Shown: in pieces, positions 38,846 through 51,138 of the stretch
How positions within the stretch are numbered: the stretch's first letter is position 1
Layout: the number at the start of each line of letters is the position of its first letter
Assembly: GCA_003971905.1 (NCBI GenBank)
Contig: RSEE01000023.1
Coordinates: 496,001-560,000 of the forward strand
Direction: 5' to 3'
Source: Moniliella sp. 'wahieum'
Taxonomy: Eukaryota
DNA length: 64,000 nucleotides
Made by a program: the position numbers and the translations under genes
The notes under the pieces: generated by a model
Databases searched by the model: none
Told to the model about the DNA's origin: nothing
Seen by the model: only the letters and a program-made list of their open reading frames with translations

Positions 38846-39700
38846 ATGGCTCAAAATCCGTACGCAACTTCTCATTCTTCCAAACTAATCCCTTCCTAAC
38901 CGTCACCCTCCACTCCCATAAGTGTTCTTGCCGTGATCCACCAGACAGACGAGCTGGCCTCGGGTGCGTTCTGCTTCCCTCCATTCTTCGTTCTGTTCTC
39001 GACTAACTCGACCGCACTAGACTTTCGAAAACCCACGCGGAAACCGCTCCTGTTATTTCTCAGCTGCGAATGGTGGGCATGGAGCATGGAGATGACGCTG
39101 CGCGGGAAGCGCCTCTACTTGGACTGCTACGGCAGGCGCTTCAAAGGATGGAGCAAGACGTGGAGGGCATGTTCGCGCTTGTTTACCAAATCCAGGCCTT
39201 TGCCCTGGCTTCAGACCCTGACCCACAAACAGGTAGCTCGACGCTGGTATCCCTACGCCCACAAATCGAGCGTGCGCAAGACCATGTCTCCCAGGCGGTG
39301 GATGCGTACCAGAACGAACTTGGCCAAGCGGGAACTTCTCTACGAATTCGTGGCTGAGAGTTATGTTACAGACGAATTTTGTGACCAATGGAGCCGATGG
39401 ATGAGGTATGTTCTCCCCTGTCGTAATCGCTTCCTGAGCTCGGCTAACCAGGCTTTTTGTCCAGCTTTCGACTGGGGCCAAGTTGGATGTCGATGCATTG
39501 GCAGATCTGCTTGGTGGATTGGGGGGCATCTGATCCGAATGAGCACCAACCTCTCACCCCAAATTCCGACTACCTTGGCGTGTACTACGAGATCCGTCTT
39601 ATGAGGGTGGATATCTCTGAGGGGCCCCTGCATGGCACACGTCCATTTCCTGTGGATACCTTTGTTTGCTTGCGCTTCGGACCAGGCTTGTCCCAGTTTG
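38846..39700 (+). CDS. Small spliced hypothetical helical protein
   Basis: ATG 38846 followed by GT..CTAAC..AG introns; helical ORF LLRQALQRMEQDVEGMFALVYQIQAF; no family recognised. Confidence 0.4.
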
Positions 39701-40673
39701 GATCTTAGTCTATGCCTCACCGCCCGGCCATTTACAGATAGATGTATTGGGTACTGCATAGTGACGTGTGCAGTACACATCGAGTGGGTTTCGTTAGGAC
39801 GTTCAACATGGCACAGCGTGTTTGGGTGGGATGTCATGTAGCGAGGGTGCAAAGGCGCTGAGGATGGTCTGGCTGTAGCCCGCTCTGCGCCTCCATGGAA
39901 CCGTCATGGGCAGCCACGTACAACTGTTTCCATTCCTCGTGTAAGATGAAACTCGCTGGTGCAGCCCCTTCGCAATCCCAATTGCTCATCCTGCAGATCG
40001 CGCGAAGGCCAGAAGCCTTGGTCTAGCACCTACATCTGTTTTCCTTCCTGCGGATTACTGCTGCTGGGGGCCGCTGGGACGAGCTGCTAGCAGTACGAGA
40101 AAAAGATCAGTCTGGAGGCCCTAACGTCCTTGCCAACAGGCTCTACTACTCAGTCGACGATACATGGATTTGGAATGAAGCCAACTGCATGTAAAAGGCT
40201 ATATATTCAGGCAAGAACGTTCGAACATACAAGTTTGCGGACATTGATGCAAGCTTGCGTACTGTTGTGCACGTTCGCGCCAGAATGAGGGCTACTAGTA
40301 GCGGCAAAAAACTCGTAACAGGACACGGAGGGGTAGGAGACGGAACCGAATCCACAAGATAAGAAGTGACATTGAGGAATTGGGGCATTAAGAACAGGTA
40401 GATCTTGGACAGGATCATATGGATTCATGGAGAGCGTTGGAGATGCCGTTAGGACCAAAGAAAAAAAGAAGAGAGCAGAGGGAAAAGGGAAAAGGGAGAA
40501 AACACTCCGGGGAATAGATGAGCAAAAGTGAGCCAGCAGGTATAAAGATACGAGCAATTTCCCAGGAGGGGCATACAATTGGCGTCGTAAGAAGCTGGGC
40601 CACCCCATTGACCTTGCCCTTTAGTCATTGCAAAAAATGACTACCGGGGCAAGGACAATGAGTAACGACTTGC

Positions 40674-41683
40674 TTAGGCCGACTCGGTGGCAGGCTGCTC
40701 GCCTCCTTGGTGGTAGCCGGAGCCGCTGCGGCCTCGCCGGACGCAGCCGCCGCGACAACCGGGAGCAACGTCGGGGGCAAAGATCGAAGCCTTGCTCGAG
40801 AAGAGGCCAAAGCGTTCGTAATCGACCCCGAGACGGCGTAGACGAAGTACGAGAGGCAGAGACCCTTGGACAGAAGGTCAAGGACACCGTAGTAGATGAA
40901 CTCGCCGTCGGGAGAAATGTCGTTGCTAGCATCGGCCACACCCAGGCATCACATACACAATCGTCCACAAGGCAAAGCCCGAAACGACAGGAATGTAAGC
41001 CCAGAAAACGTCCGAGCCAGTCTTCTTGGCAGCCAAAAGAGCCGGGCCAAAGAGCACCCACAGGACCCACGTCAGGCGCACACGCCGAAGACAAACCAAC
41101 CCCACTTGTAGCTGCTGTGCGTAAGAGCACCAGCCAATCCACAGACGACAGCGACAGTCTCAATGAAGACCGTCATGAAGATGGTAGACAGGGGAACGGG
41201 CGAGACGAGAAGAATGGCAATGATAACGAAAGGCGTCGAAACAAGCCAGTCGACATAGCGCGAGATCCTGATCAATAGCGAAAAGTCAGTACCTCATTGG
41301 CAAGGCAGTTGCAACCAAATGCAACAAGGCCTCAATGAGTGAAAACGCACCAAAGACCGCGTCGCCACATTGTTAATCCCGTTGCCATTGCCTTTCCAGT
41401 GACCAGAACGGAACTCGACGGACACAGGAACCGCGCCGAGGTTGGAAGCAAGAGCGTACCAGTTGAGTGCATTGCACGCCAACGTAGCAGCGACGAGGTA
41501 GTTAAAAGTACGGTGGCCGCGGTTCACCGCGAAGAAAGTGTAGGCCGAGAGAGCCAAAAAGACAACCGTTTGAACAGCGAAAATGGCCCAAGCAAAGTCG
41601 CTGCCGTGCGAGTTGACAGTGACGTTGGACGCAACCGGGTTGCTCGACACGGAGTCGCGTGCAGTCATCCAAGGGAGTGACAT
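40674..41683 (-). CDS. Fungal microbial rhodopsin / Hsp30-Yro2-like opsin, copy A (intron 41268-41350)
   Basis: GSDFAWAIFAV, YALASNLG, RYVDWLVSTP (helix C), YKWGWF, SPDGEFIYYGVLDLLSK (helix G). Confidence 0.92.
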
Positions 41684-43774
41684 GTCGAATTAAGATCGAG
41701 AAAAGTACAAAACAAGGGGGATAGGGCGGGAGAAGGCGAGAAGATGAATGTAAAAGGCTTTGAGCGAAGCCAGGTGCGTATGACAGGTGAGGGGTGGAGG
41801 ACTCCGACGATGCCAGCTGCGGGGGGGCATATATATACACATCTACAATAGGTCCGTGCAGCGGTCGCGCATCGCATACTATAGCGAGAGTCCATCGAAG
41901 GGGCAGATGCCTAAGAGCAACGTATGAAGACTGTTGCGCGAGGGCGCAGTTCAGCCACAGTGCTAGGCTCCCGCACAATGGCTCTGCCGCCAGGGTCCTC
42001 GCGGGCGTTGCCCATCCCTCGATACCGAATGCCAGAGGGGCGCCCCATTGGGCTGCTGTCGACTTGAGCAACACCCTACGTTGGTGTACGTGAGTGCAGA
42101 GCGTTGGGTACACTATAGTGAAAGACACTCCTCCTCCTCTCCCAGGCTTCCGTTGGCCGCCGAGCCCAACGTAAGAGGCTTGAGCTCCAGGCTGGTCTGC
42201 GCGCGCGATCTGAGTGCTCAGGCTGAGTGCCCAGGAGAGCACCCGAGCGCATCAGCCCCACACCCTGTTCAAGCTTCAGTGCGTGCGAGCATTAGAGAGG
42301 CTGAGCATATTGTTGTACTCAGGCTGAGGCGCTGAGGCGCTGAGGCGTGGAAGAGGCGCAGAGAGACACCTAGAGACGAAATGACCAATGATTAATGACT
42401 AGTGACTGCGGGGGGCTCGGCGCCTCAGCGCTGCTCAGCGCGCTCAGCTGGAGGTATACCGGCTTCCAGAGCTTCCTCTGGGGCCACTGTCGTCGATCGC
42501 AGAAGTCAAGTCAAGAGTGGGCCGGCACGCGGGCACCCCGGAGGGAGAAGGGCCCCGATCATGATATCAGCTGCATCAGCATATTTGCATCATCATGATT
42601 CCCGAATATCCTCATATTATACGCGCACACAGGATCACGCCAGTTGTGTGGTCCCTTCGTATATCCGCGGATAATATATTCGCGAGGTTGCGCCACAGAC
42701 GTGACGGTATTTTTTTGGCTCATCGACTAGTCAGGTCATGTCAAGTGACTATTATAGTGACCCAGTGACAGCCCGTGACTATGACTCTGAAGCCTAATAG
42801 AGCGGGCCTGACTTTTCGGTCTCTCGCGAGTGGCACTGAGTACGGAACAGACGCTACGCTGGGATCTGATATCGTGAAGGCGGGGGGGGGTGCCAACTGC
42901 GCGGCGGTGGAAAACGCAAGCCAACAAGCAGAGCCAAGGTGGACCCCACATCTCAATGCTCTCCGCGTTCTCGTCTGCGCCGCTCTCAAAGGCCCTATAT
43001 ACATCCTATCCGATCTCCACAGCGTCACCCTGACGATCATGATTAAGGAGTGATGACTCCACTGAGAATGCCGGGAAAGAGGATAAGGCGCCGTAGAAGG
43101 GGCTTCGGTAGCGATGAAGACACAATACCAACAGGAAGAAATATTTTGAGCTGATCAGGGCCCTCCGCACGACGCGCGCCGCCGATGTGGTGTTTTTCGA
43201 GTTTGAGGACGTGGGTATTTGACGCGGACGGAGTGTCATTAATCTGATGTTTGCAAGGAAAAGGGGGGGTTGCGAGTGTGGGCTCCAGTGGTGCGGGGAG
43301 AGCGCTCAGCCTGAGCGCTTCGACAGGGCTCACATGCACAGAAGGCTCTAATATAGACATGTGAACGTTGAACGCTGGACGTGTCGAGCGTTGTTGTACG
43401 TAACATAAGATTAGCGCTTAGTGGCTGAGCCTCAGCGCTCAGGCGCTCAGGCTGAGCTCAGCCCAGTAGTACTATGGCGAGTGCCCTAGTGGCTCTTGTG
43501 ATCGAGATCTATTTCAAAAGCCCCGAACCATTCGGGGCATCGTGCATCGAGTGACCGAAAAGGAAGGAGGTATGAAACTTGAGCGCCTTTCTAGCAGTGC
43601 TTTAACCCAGCCACTACCTTTGCGGGGTTAATATTACTTTTGGTGCAGCCCCTCTGGCCGTCAAAAACCAAGCCAAGACGTCACTGTGTTCTGTGGCACT
43701 TGGCATATCGGGAATGATTAATGATCGAAATGAATGTACGTGATGCGCGTGATGAACGATGGACGATATGGCAA

Positions 43775-43834
43775 TCACTAGTCACTAGTCACTAGTGACT
43801 TGTGGCCTAGTGACTAGTGACTAGTGACTAGTGA
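43775..43834. repeat. Inverted repeat: (TCACTAG)x3, 11-nt spacer, (CTAGTGA)x4
   Basis: Read directly; arms are exact reverse complements over 21 bp. Confidence 0.9.
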
Positions 43835-46482
43835 CCGGTGCCGGTGACCCCAGCTGTTTAATCAAGCGTCAAGCTTCAGCTCAAGCTCTCAATCTGAGAT
43901 CTCAAAAGGCTCAAAGCGTTCGCCCAAGGCTGACGCTCAGCTCAGCCTGAGCAGCTTGAGCTTCACAGAACTCATCAACGCTCCAGCGCCGCTCGACAAC
44001 TGTGAATATTGGACGACCGCGTGCTGAACGTCGAAGACCGGTAGGCGAACGCCGAGCGCTGAGCCGCTGTGCTTAGCCTATTAAGCGCACAATGTCAGCG
44101 GCGGAGCAGCACTGCCAGTACTGAGCCGTTTTTGAACCTCAGCGCCTCAGGCCTCTTCGGCGCCAGCAGCCTCGGCGCCTCAGCGTCTCATCTGAAGTGC
44201 TTGAGCGCTGTGAGCTTGATGCGCTCTCTGGATCTGAGTTAGGCCTGAGGCTCAGGCCTGAGGCCTGAGGAGACGAACGCAGCCAACAGCACGGGGGGTG
44301 TATATGTTACCTGCACAGGGCCCTGCCAGCGAGGTGCGGCTGCCAAACTGACGTGATTATGCACGTGCGGCTGAAGTCATGTCAGCGTGTCAGAGAGTGA
44401 CCCGGTGGCTGTCACCATGTCACCGGCATTGGGAAGAGACGAGCACCCTCGAGCACCTACACGTTCAACGTTACTAGAAACGTTAAACGGTGATAATCGA
44501 TAAACGTGCTCTTTCCAACCATTTCAAGCTTCATATATACGTAGGCTTTTTGTGCAACACTTTAAGGCGTTGGTTCTCTCGACGTTCGCGTTACGCGTTA
44601 CTGCGCATTGCCCTCTCCAAGGATCGATGAGTGATATGGGTTTCACCTGACACACTCTGACCGGCTGACCGCTCTACCGCCTCCCTAGATCCGGCAGATG
44701 CGTCAGATGACGTCTCAGATCAGAGATGTCAAAACGTATGAAATTTTTGCCATTTCTTTTGCCACGGGCACTCACAATATCTCCCGCTCACACTCATCCA
44801 ACCTCGTCTCTTTTTCAAATGTGGAGAGCAACCACACAGACGATAGTTCCTGCTTTACAGCTTTGCACATCATGGGATGGGTGAACAAGAAAATCTTCTC
44901 TTGCCCCTGACGATCGTCATCCATGGTGCAGCCTCCAACCTTCGCGCTTCCTTGAGACAGCGAGATCCACAATCTCGTCTTTCAATATGAGTCAGTTTTT
45001 TTGTGGGTGCGCTCTACGCACTCTGACGACCGGGCCGAAGGGCTGTATCGAGTATCGAACACCTCCGCACCGCTCTCCTGAAGCCCTGAGAGGTTGAAGG
45101 TTTGCGATGATTGGGCGTTGAACGTTGGACTTGAAGCTTCAACCGGTCACATGGTCACCCGGTCACAGTTGATCAACGCGATCAACTGATCCCCGAGGCC
45201 TCCCGAATAGTCGATGATGCTGATGGGAGGAAGAGATGCCTGACAACCTATATGCACCGCCAGCCACGCACTGCAGCAAACAGCAGCTGTGGGTGGGTTC
45301 AGATTCAGACGCTGAGATTCAGCTCTCGCCGGCCAGAGACCTGAGGCTCTCAGGCCTGGGCCTGACGGCCCCAGCATCCGTTTGGCACCCTACACGACGG
45401 ACTATATCATGTGTACACATACGTAAGAAAATTTCCTCCGAACACAAAAGCCGTTAAAATCCAAACTCACAGGGTCACTTTCCTGCAGGCGCACACACCA
45501 AAAGCGTGTATCAGCTTTGTGCTGCCACACCTAGGGTGCCGTGATGCACACATTCATGCCTCACAACAAACTGCATGCTGCTTACCTAGTACATGAATAT
45601 TGAGGGCCTTGAGGATTGAGGCACTACTTCCATACCCCACAACGGATGCACAGGCCCCTTTTCTCAGCCCCTTATAGGCGCCTTAGCGCTCAACAGAGCC
45701 TTAAGCTTTATGAGCCCCTCAATCTAGCTCAATCCCACCTCTCACACAGCAGTTGAGCGCTTAGTGCTAACGTGTTGTTCAATGCTCAGGCGCTCAGGCA
45801 TCATGTTTAGTCGCTGAAGTTCAGCTGAGGTTCAGCGCTGGGGTTCAGCGCGCTGAGCATCATGCACCATGCTGAGTACACTGAGTAATACCATGCGCGC
45901 TGCCGGTGTGTATTTGTGCCAACGCCAGCATCAGTGAGAATCGAGACGGTCCACATGCCACCCAGACATGCGATGTCATATGATTCCACACCCAATGCCG
46001 AGCACGGTCATATGCTGAGGTCAACAGGCGCCCGGTGCCGCTCAAGCGTTGCTGGGGTTCTGCCTTTTGAGGCTGGAAGCCTGAGACTTGGCGAAGATGG
46101 TGGGGTGTGAGATCTGAGATCTGAGACCAAAAGAAGAGATGATGAATCAGTACTCAGTAAACAGTACTCAGTGAGGTCACTGGGCCCGTGAGATGGCAAG
46201 CAGCAGCTGTCTGAGCGCTCCTGTCGCTTCATTTGAAAAGATTGATGCCTGAACTCCCCAGGACTATATCCGAAAAGGCCACCGTGATGGTCACACACTC
46301 TTGCACCGCACAGACCATCACGAAACTTCCCTTACCACAAGCCCGCCTGCCTGTTTCTTTTAAGTACCGGCATCTTGCCAAACAAAAGCCAATTCAAGCT
46401 CTCTCGCCGATTACTCGCCCCTTTCACACGCTTCTCTTCCATCTCCCCCTGTTTACATCGCCCAGTTTTCTCTCTTGCCGCC

Positions 46483-47422
46483 ATGTCTGCTCCTGGATCA
46501 AGTCCAGTATTCACCAACCCGGTCACCTCGAACGTGACCAACACCTTTAGGGGGTCTGATTTTTCCTGGGCCATCTTCGCGGTAGCAACTCTTGTATTTG
46601 TCTTCACTCTCGTTTATACTTCGTTTGCAACCCCCACCGGGAAACGGACCTTCAACTTTCTCGTCGCTGCTGCCCTGCTTTGCAATGCACTGAACTGGTT
46701 TGCCATTGCTTCCAATCTGGGTGCCATTCCTGTCACTGTCGAGTTCCGTTCGGGATCCTGGACTGGACGCGGTAACGGACGGGACAATGCTGCGACTCGC
46801 TCTATTTGGTGAGTTGGGATCATTCTCGTTTATTGGAGCTTTTGTGCTTACCACAATGTTTTTTTTCCCTTCTTCAGGATCTCTCGGTACATCGACTGGT
46901 TGGTTTCGACGCCCTTCATTATTTTGGCCATTCTCCTTGCCTCGCCTGTTCCCCTTTCTACGGTGTTCATGACTATCTTTATTGAGACGGTTGTGGTGGC
47001 GCTCTCGCTCTTCGGTGCCTTGACGCCCAGCTCCTACAAGTGGGGCTGGTTTGTGCTTGGCATCTGTGGTTTGACGTGGGTGTACTGGGTTATGTATGGG
47101 CCGGGTTTGATTGCCGCTAAGAAGGCGGGCAAGGACGTGTTTTGGGGATACCTGCCCATGAGCGTTGCTTTTGGCGTGTTCGGAATTGTGTACGTGATTG
47201 CCTGGGTGTCTCGTCGGGGGCAACAACATTGCCCCGGACAGTGAGCAAGTATTCTATGGTATTTTGGACTTGGTCAGCAAGCACCTTTTGCTTCCCTACC
47301 ACGTCTACAATCTGGCCTCGGTGGATTACGAGCGCTTTGGCCTCTTCTCGGCCAAGGCTTCCTTGTTTGCCGATCCGCTCTTGGCGCCAGGCGAGCCTTC
47401 GGCGAGGAGGAAAGACGGCTGA
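46483..47422 (+). CDS. Fungal microbial rhodopsin / Hsp30-Yro2-like opsin, copy B (intron 46809-46877)
   Basis: GSDFSWAIFAV, FAIASNLG, RYIDWLVSTP, YKWGWF, APDSEQVFYGILDLVSK; intron at the same position as in copy A. Confidence 0.92.
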
Positions 47423-50400
47423 ACAGGCCTAATCCTGTCCCTTTTCTCTCCCCTCGCTATGCACATCCCGTGTATATGCACGTGAAGTGTACATGGCTGA
47501 AACAGAGTTTCACCTGGAGGAGGAGGATTCGTGGTACCTCTTATCGCGAAGAAGTTATACCAGCTCCACTACGTCCCTATTATGGACTAGATGAGCATGT
47601 TCAAACAAGATATCGCCTTTTTTTCTCAATAATCCCCCTCGCTCGCCACCTCATGTGTGTTGTCAGGCGTTTCACGTGGTACTTACCACGGTATATACAA
47701 GATCCCCCCCAGGTGTGATGCGCATTTTCGACGTCGAAGGCGCTCCCTAACCCCTCTTTCCTTTTTTTACCCTACTACTGTCATCCCCTTTTTGTGTGAT
47801 TTGAACTCGCACGTGTGCGAGGTATATTTTGGGATGTGGTATTTGATGTGGTGGCCCCTAATATGGGCCTCTTTTATTCTCATTGATTGATCGAATTATA
47901 CGAGAGTACTACTATGTAGATAGATGCGGAAGAGACGGCCCTATTTGGTAAGAAGCTACTATACGAATTTCGTTGACTGGGAAAGCACATATATATAGCA
48001 GGGTAGGTTGCTGGCTTCCTGGGCACTGAGGACCTTTCTACCCGGTGGTGGCAAGACTCATTGAGGTCAGAACACGTTTCATATATCCAAAGTCGAAGGA
48101 ACACTGGTGTGAGAGGGTCGTGAATTGCTTTGCCGTAGTCTCGGGAAGAGCCAGCAGCATCCGAGAAGGAGGTTGCACGTTAGAAGCCGCGGATGTCAAG
48201 CGGAGAGTTCCGATGGCGAGGGAGGGCGAGCGAGCTGCGATTGAAAGGGCGGTTCTTCTAGAGTCGGGGCACCTATGGAGGGGAGAAGGGAAAGGACTGG
48301 TTAGCGGCTTGGGTCACTACAATTGATGGGATCGAAGAACAAGCAGGACTTTTATAAGAGAGGGGCAAAAAAGCAATGGCCATGAGATCTACAGTGTAGA
48401 GGGGAAACGAGTCAAGGAAGAGCAGTGTGAGGGCCTATCACGAAAAGCATGAGGTCAGAAACCGAGTAGAAGCCATGTGTGTAGTGTGGAGAGTTTAGAG
48501 GAGAGCGAGACTAATAAGAGGCGATTGTCGTGGGTTTTATACTAGCCACAGGCCAAGAAACTGAGAGTCACGATAGGGGAAGATAGAGAATTTGAGTAGG
48601 TATTATAGTAGGGAAGGAAGTCGAGAAGCGAAAGCAACGAGAAATTGAAGTGGAGGTGACTGTGCAAGGCTACTTAGTCGCTGCCCACCCGTGACACTAC
48701 AAACGTGGATGGGAGTGTGAGCGTTTTTCGGCGAACCTGTGACTAAAAGAATCAACTCCCTACGAGAGCGAGCAGATATTAACAGGGAGCGGCAACCTCA
48801 CACAGCCCTTTGCGCGAGCATATTTGGGTGAACTCATTTCCATATATCCAACCGAAGGCATTCCAAAAGGCACGGCGAGGAATCCCATTGTCAAGCTAGT
48901 GCGCTCTCCATTTGCGACTTAGAAATATAGCATCCTTGAAGATCCTTATTCTGTGGACGAAAGAGAAAAACGAAAACAAAGAAATTCAAGTGTATTAACC
49001 ATCGTGAGCAGATGAGGGATGAGAGTAGTGAGAGGGACAAGAGAAAGTGGGAGGCCAGGAAAAAGTGTCCCGTGGTGGCGATAGGAAGAGACGTCTCCTG
49101 AAAGAGTATTTAGAACAACACCCGGGGGGGAAAATGCTTCATCGTATCCTTTCGAGCGGGCTCATTGCGAAAGAAATGCCAAGTGTCACAGGGTCTTTGG
49201 CCTCCCATTGTGAAATCCACGTTTCCAACCCCTTGTCAACAGTGGCAATGACGACCGCGTGAAAATGTATACTTCCCCCCAAGACATATATCTGGAAAGA
49301 AGGGTTTTTGGCCACTGCAAAACCTGCAGCGATAAAAGGCTGCTGTGTAATGGATGAACCACAACCACGGGTGTTGAGCACAAAGATTCCTGGTGTCTCT
49401 ATGCGGAAGCATTGCAAATGATGGAAGGATAGAGTGTTCATGAACAAAGATGTGGCATTCTCATGAGCCTATCTCTTCGGTTTGGAGGAGATGCGACTGC
49501 CCGTTCCATTTGTACATTACGCCCCACGCGCACGTGATGCTGCGATCAACGGGGTGAACGCCGGCTATTTACCATTGCACTTTTGTTGTCCCCTTGGGCG
49601 CATTCACAACATGGCGAACCCATTCCCGAGGAGAAGAGTTAGCAGGAGCAACTCTAGAACTCAACAGGGCCGAGACGGTGTGCAAAAATAATGTGGTTCA
49701 TCAGCACAGCAATGCGTTTAACATCGCTTGGCTTTCTTCACCACATGCCAGCAGCCAATAAGTGCCTCCGGTTCACCGGTTAAGATTGGTATTCTCAGCG
49801 CCCTAGTAGCCTGTGCCTTTCCTCGCGCAGCAAGTGCAGATATGCTCTGATGTCCTCGCTCGAGCACATATTGGCCAGTGGCACCCGCATATTCAGTCCA
49901 AAGTTGCAATCTCATGCTCGTTCGCTCTATGGTATTCGCGACATCGATGACCGCAACGAGAACCGACTGCGGGGGAGGAGAACGAGGCGAGACGTGGGAG
50001 GATGGCGAGGCGTATGGGCTACCAAAGAGTGACGGGGCCCGGACTATTTGGAGGGTCAAGAACCGAAGTGTGAACCACACTTTGCGGGACTCTCGCGGGC
50101 ACAAAGGATGCGATGTGTACGTACCGGCAAAAAGTGGTACACAAACTCAAAAGCAGAGCCGCAACACTTTTGGAACGCCGCGAGAAGGAAGCGCTTCTCG
50201 ACTCCTATCTTATAGAGCGAGCCGAATGCGACAAGAACGCCAAGTTCCAGGGTCGTACTCAAGAGACTTTCTTCCCATGTTGGTCATGACGAATGCGAAA
50301 AGAGAGATTATGCCACAACATGGAAAGTAAGGCGTTCATTGGGCACAGAGGACAAAAAATTATATAGTTTTTTCTTCCCTCGGAGAGATGGGGCTATAAC

Positions 50401-51138
50401 GACATGCTTACCACTGCCATTCGTGTCCAAGCGCACTACATACGATTTGGAAGCGAATGGCGGGCGCCAGAGGGTTCTGACTTTCGGCTGTGGGGACTCC
50501 ACGGGTTTCTAATTGGGGCTATATTTGCCTCCAGCAGCAATTCACCCTCCGTCAGAAATGAGCATATAGGCACAGCAGTTCCTTTTAGCAGTCTTTTGTC
50601 CAAACGGTCAAGTTCGGTAAACGATATGAATGCGACGGCAGAGGTGGTTGCAACAGAGACCCTGCTCGGATCGAGGTGACACGGGGGGAAGGTGTAAGAG
50701 AGGAGCCACTGCAGACAACGTTTTCAACATTGAGTGTGGGACTGGCGGGGCACAGGAGAGCGTGGCTGCAAGGAGCTCGCAGTGTGCATGGTGACATGTG
50801 ACATGTGCCATGTGCCATGCGACAGTTGGTTGAGCGCTCCCCACAAGCCCAGCCACACGGCACGGCGCCAGTGCGCTCACCCTCCCCGCTCGGCAGTACG
50901 CAGATCCCGCCACACTGTTCCCCTGCCACGGCTGCCACGAGCCGCAGCCTCTGGCTACTCCCGCACAGCGCCAGTCTGCCCAGGCACGCCGCCCGCGTGT
51001 GGGGCAGACATTACGCTCGTCACGCGTCACGCAGCAGAGCGCACTAGCCCATCGCCACCATTTTCCGCGTTTACTTGGGGTCCCCCCGCCTCTCACACCC
51101 CAGCCCCACCTCCATCTCCGCCTTCACGCCCCCCCCAC

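Noticed and set aside
43775..44270. CRISPR array or MITE termini
   Set aside because: Eukaryotic context, no repeat-spacer organisation, no target-site duplication or second copy seen
40674..47422. CarO-type carotenoid/retinal biosynthetic cluster around the opsins
   Set aside because: No phytoene synthase/desaturase or carotenoid oxygenase motifs found in the window
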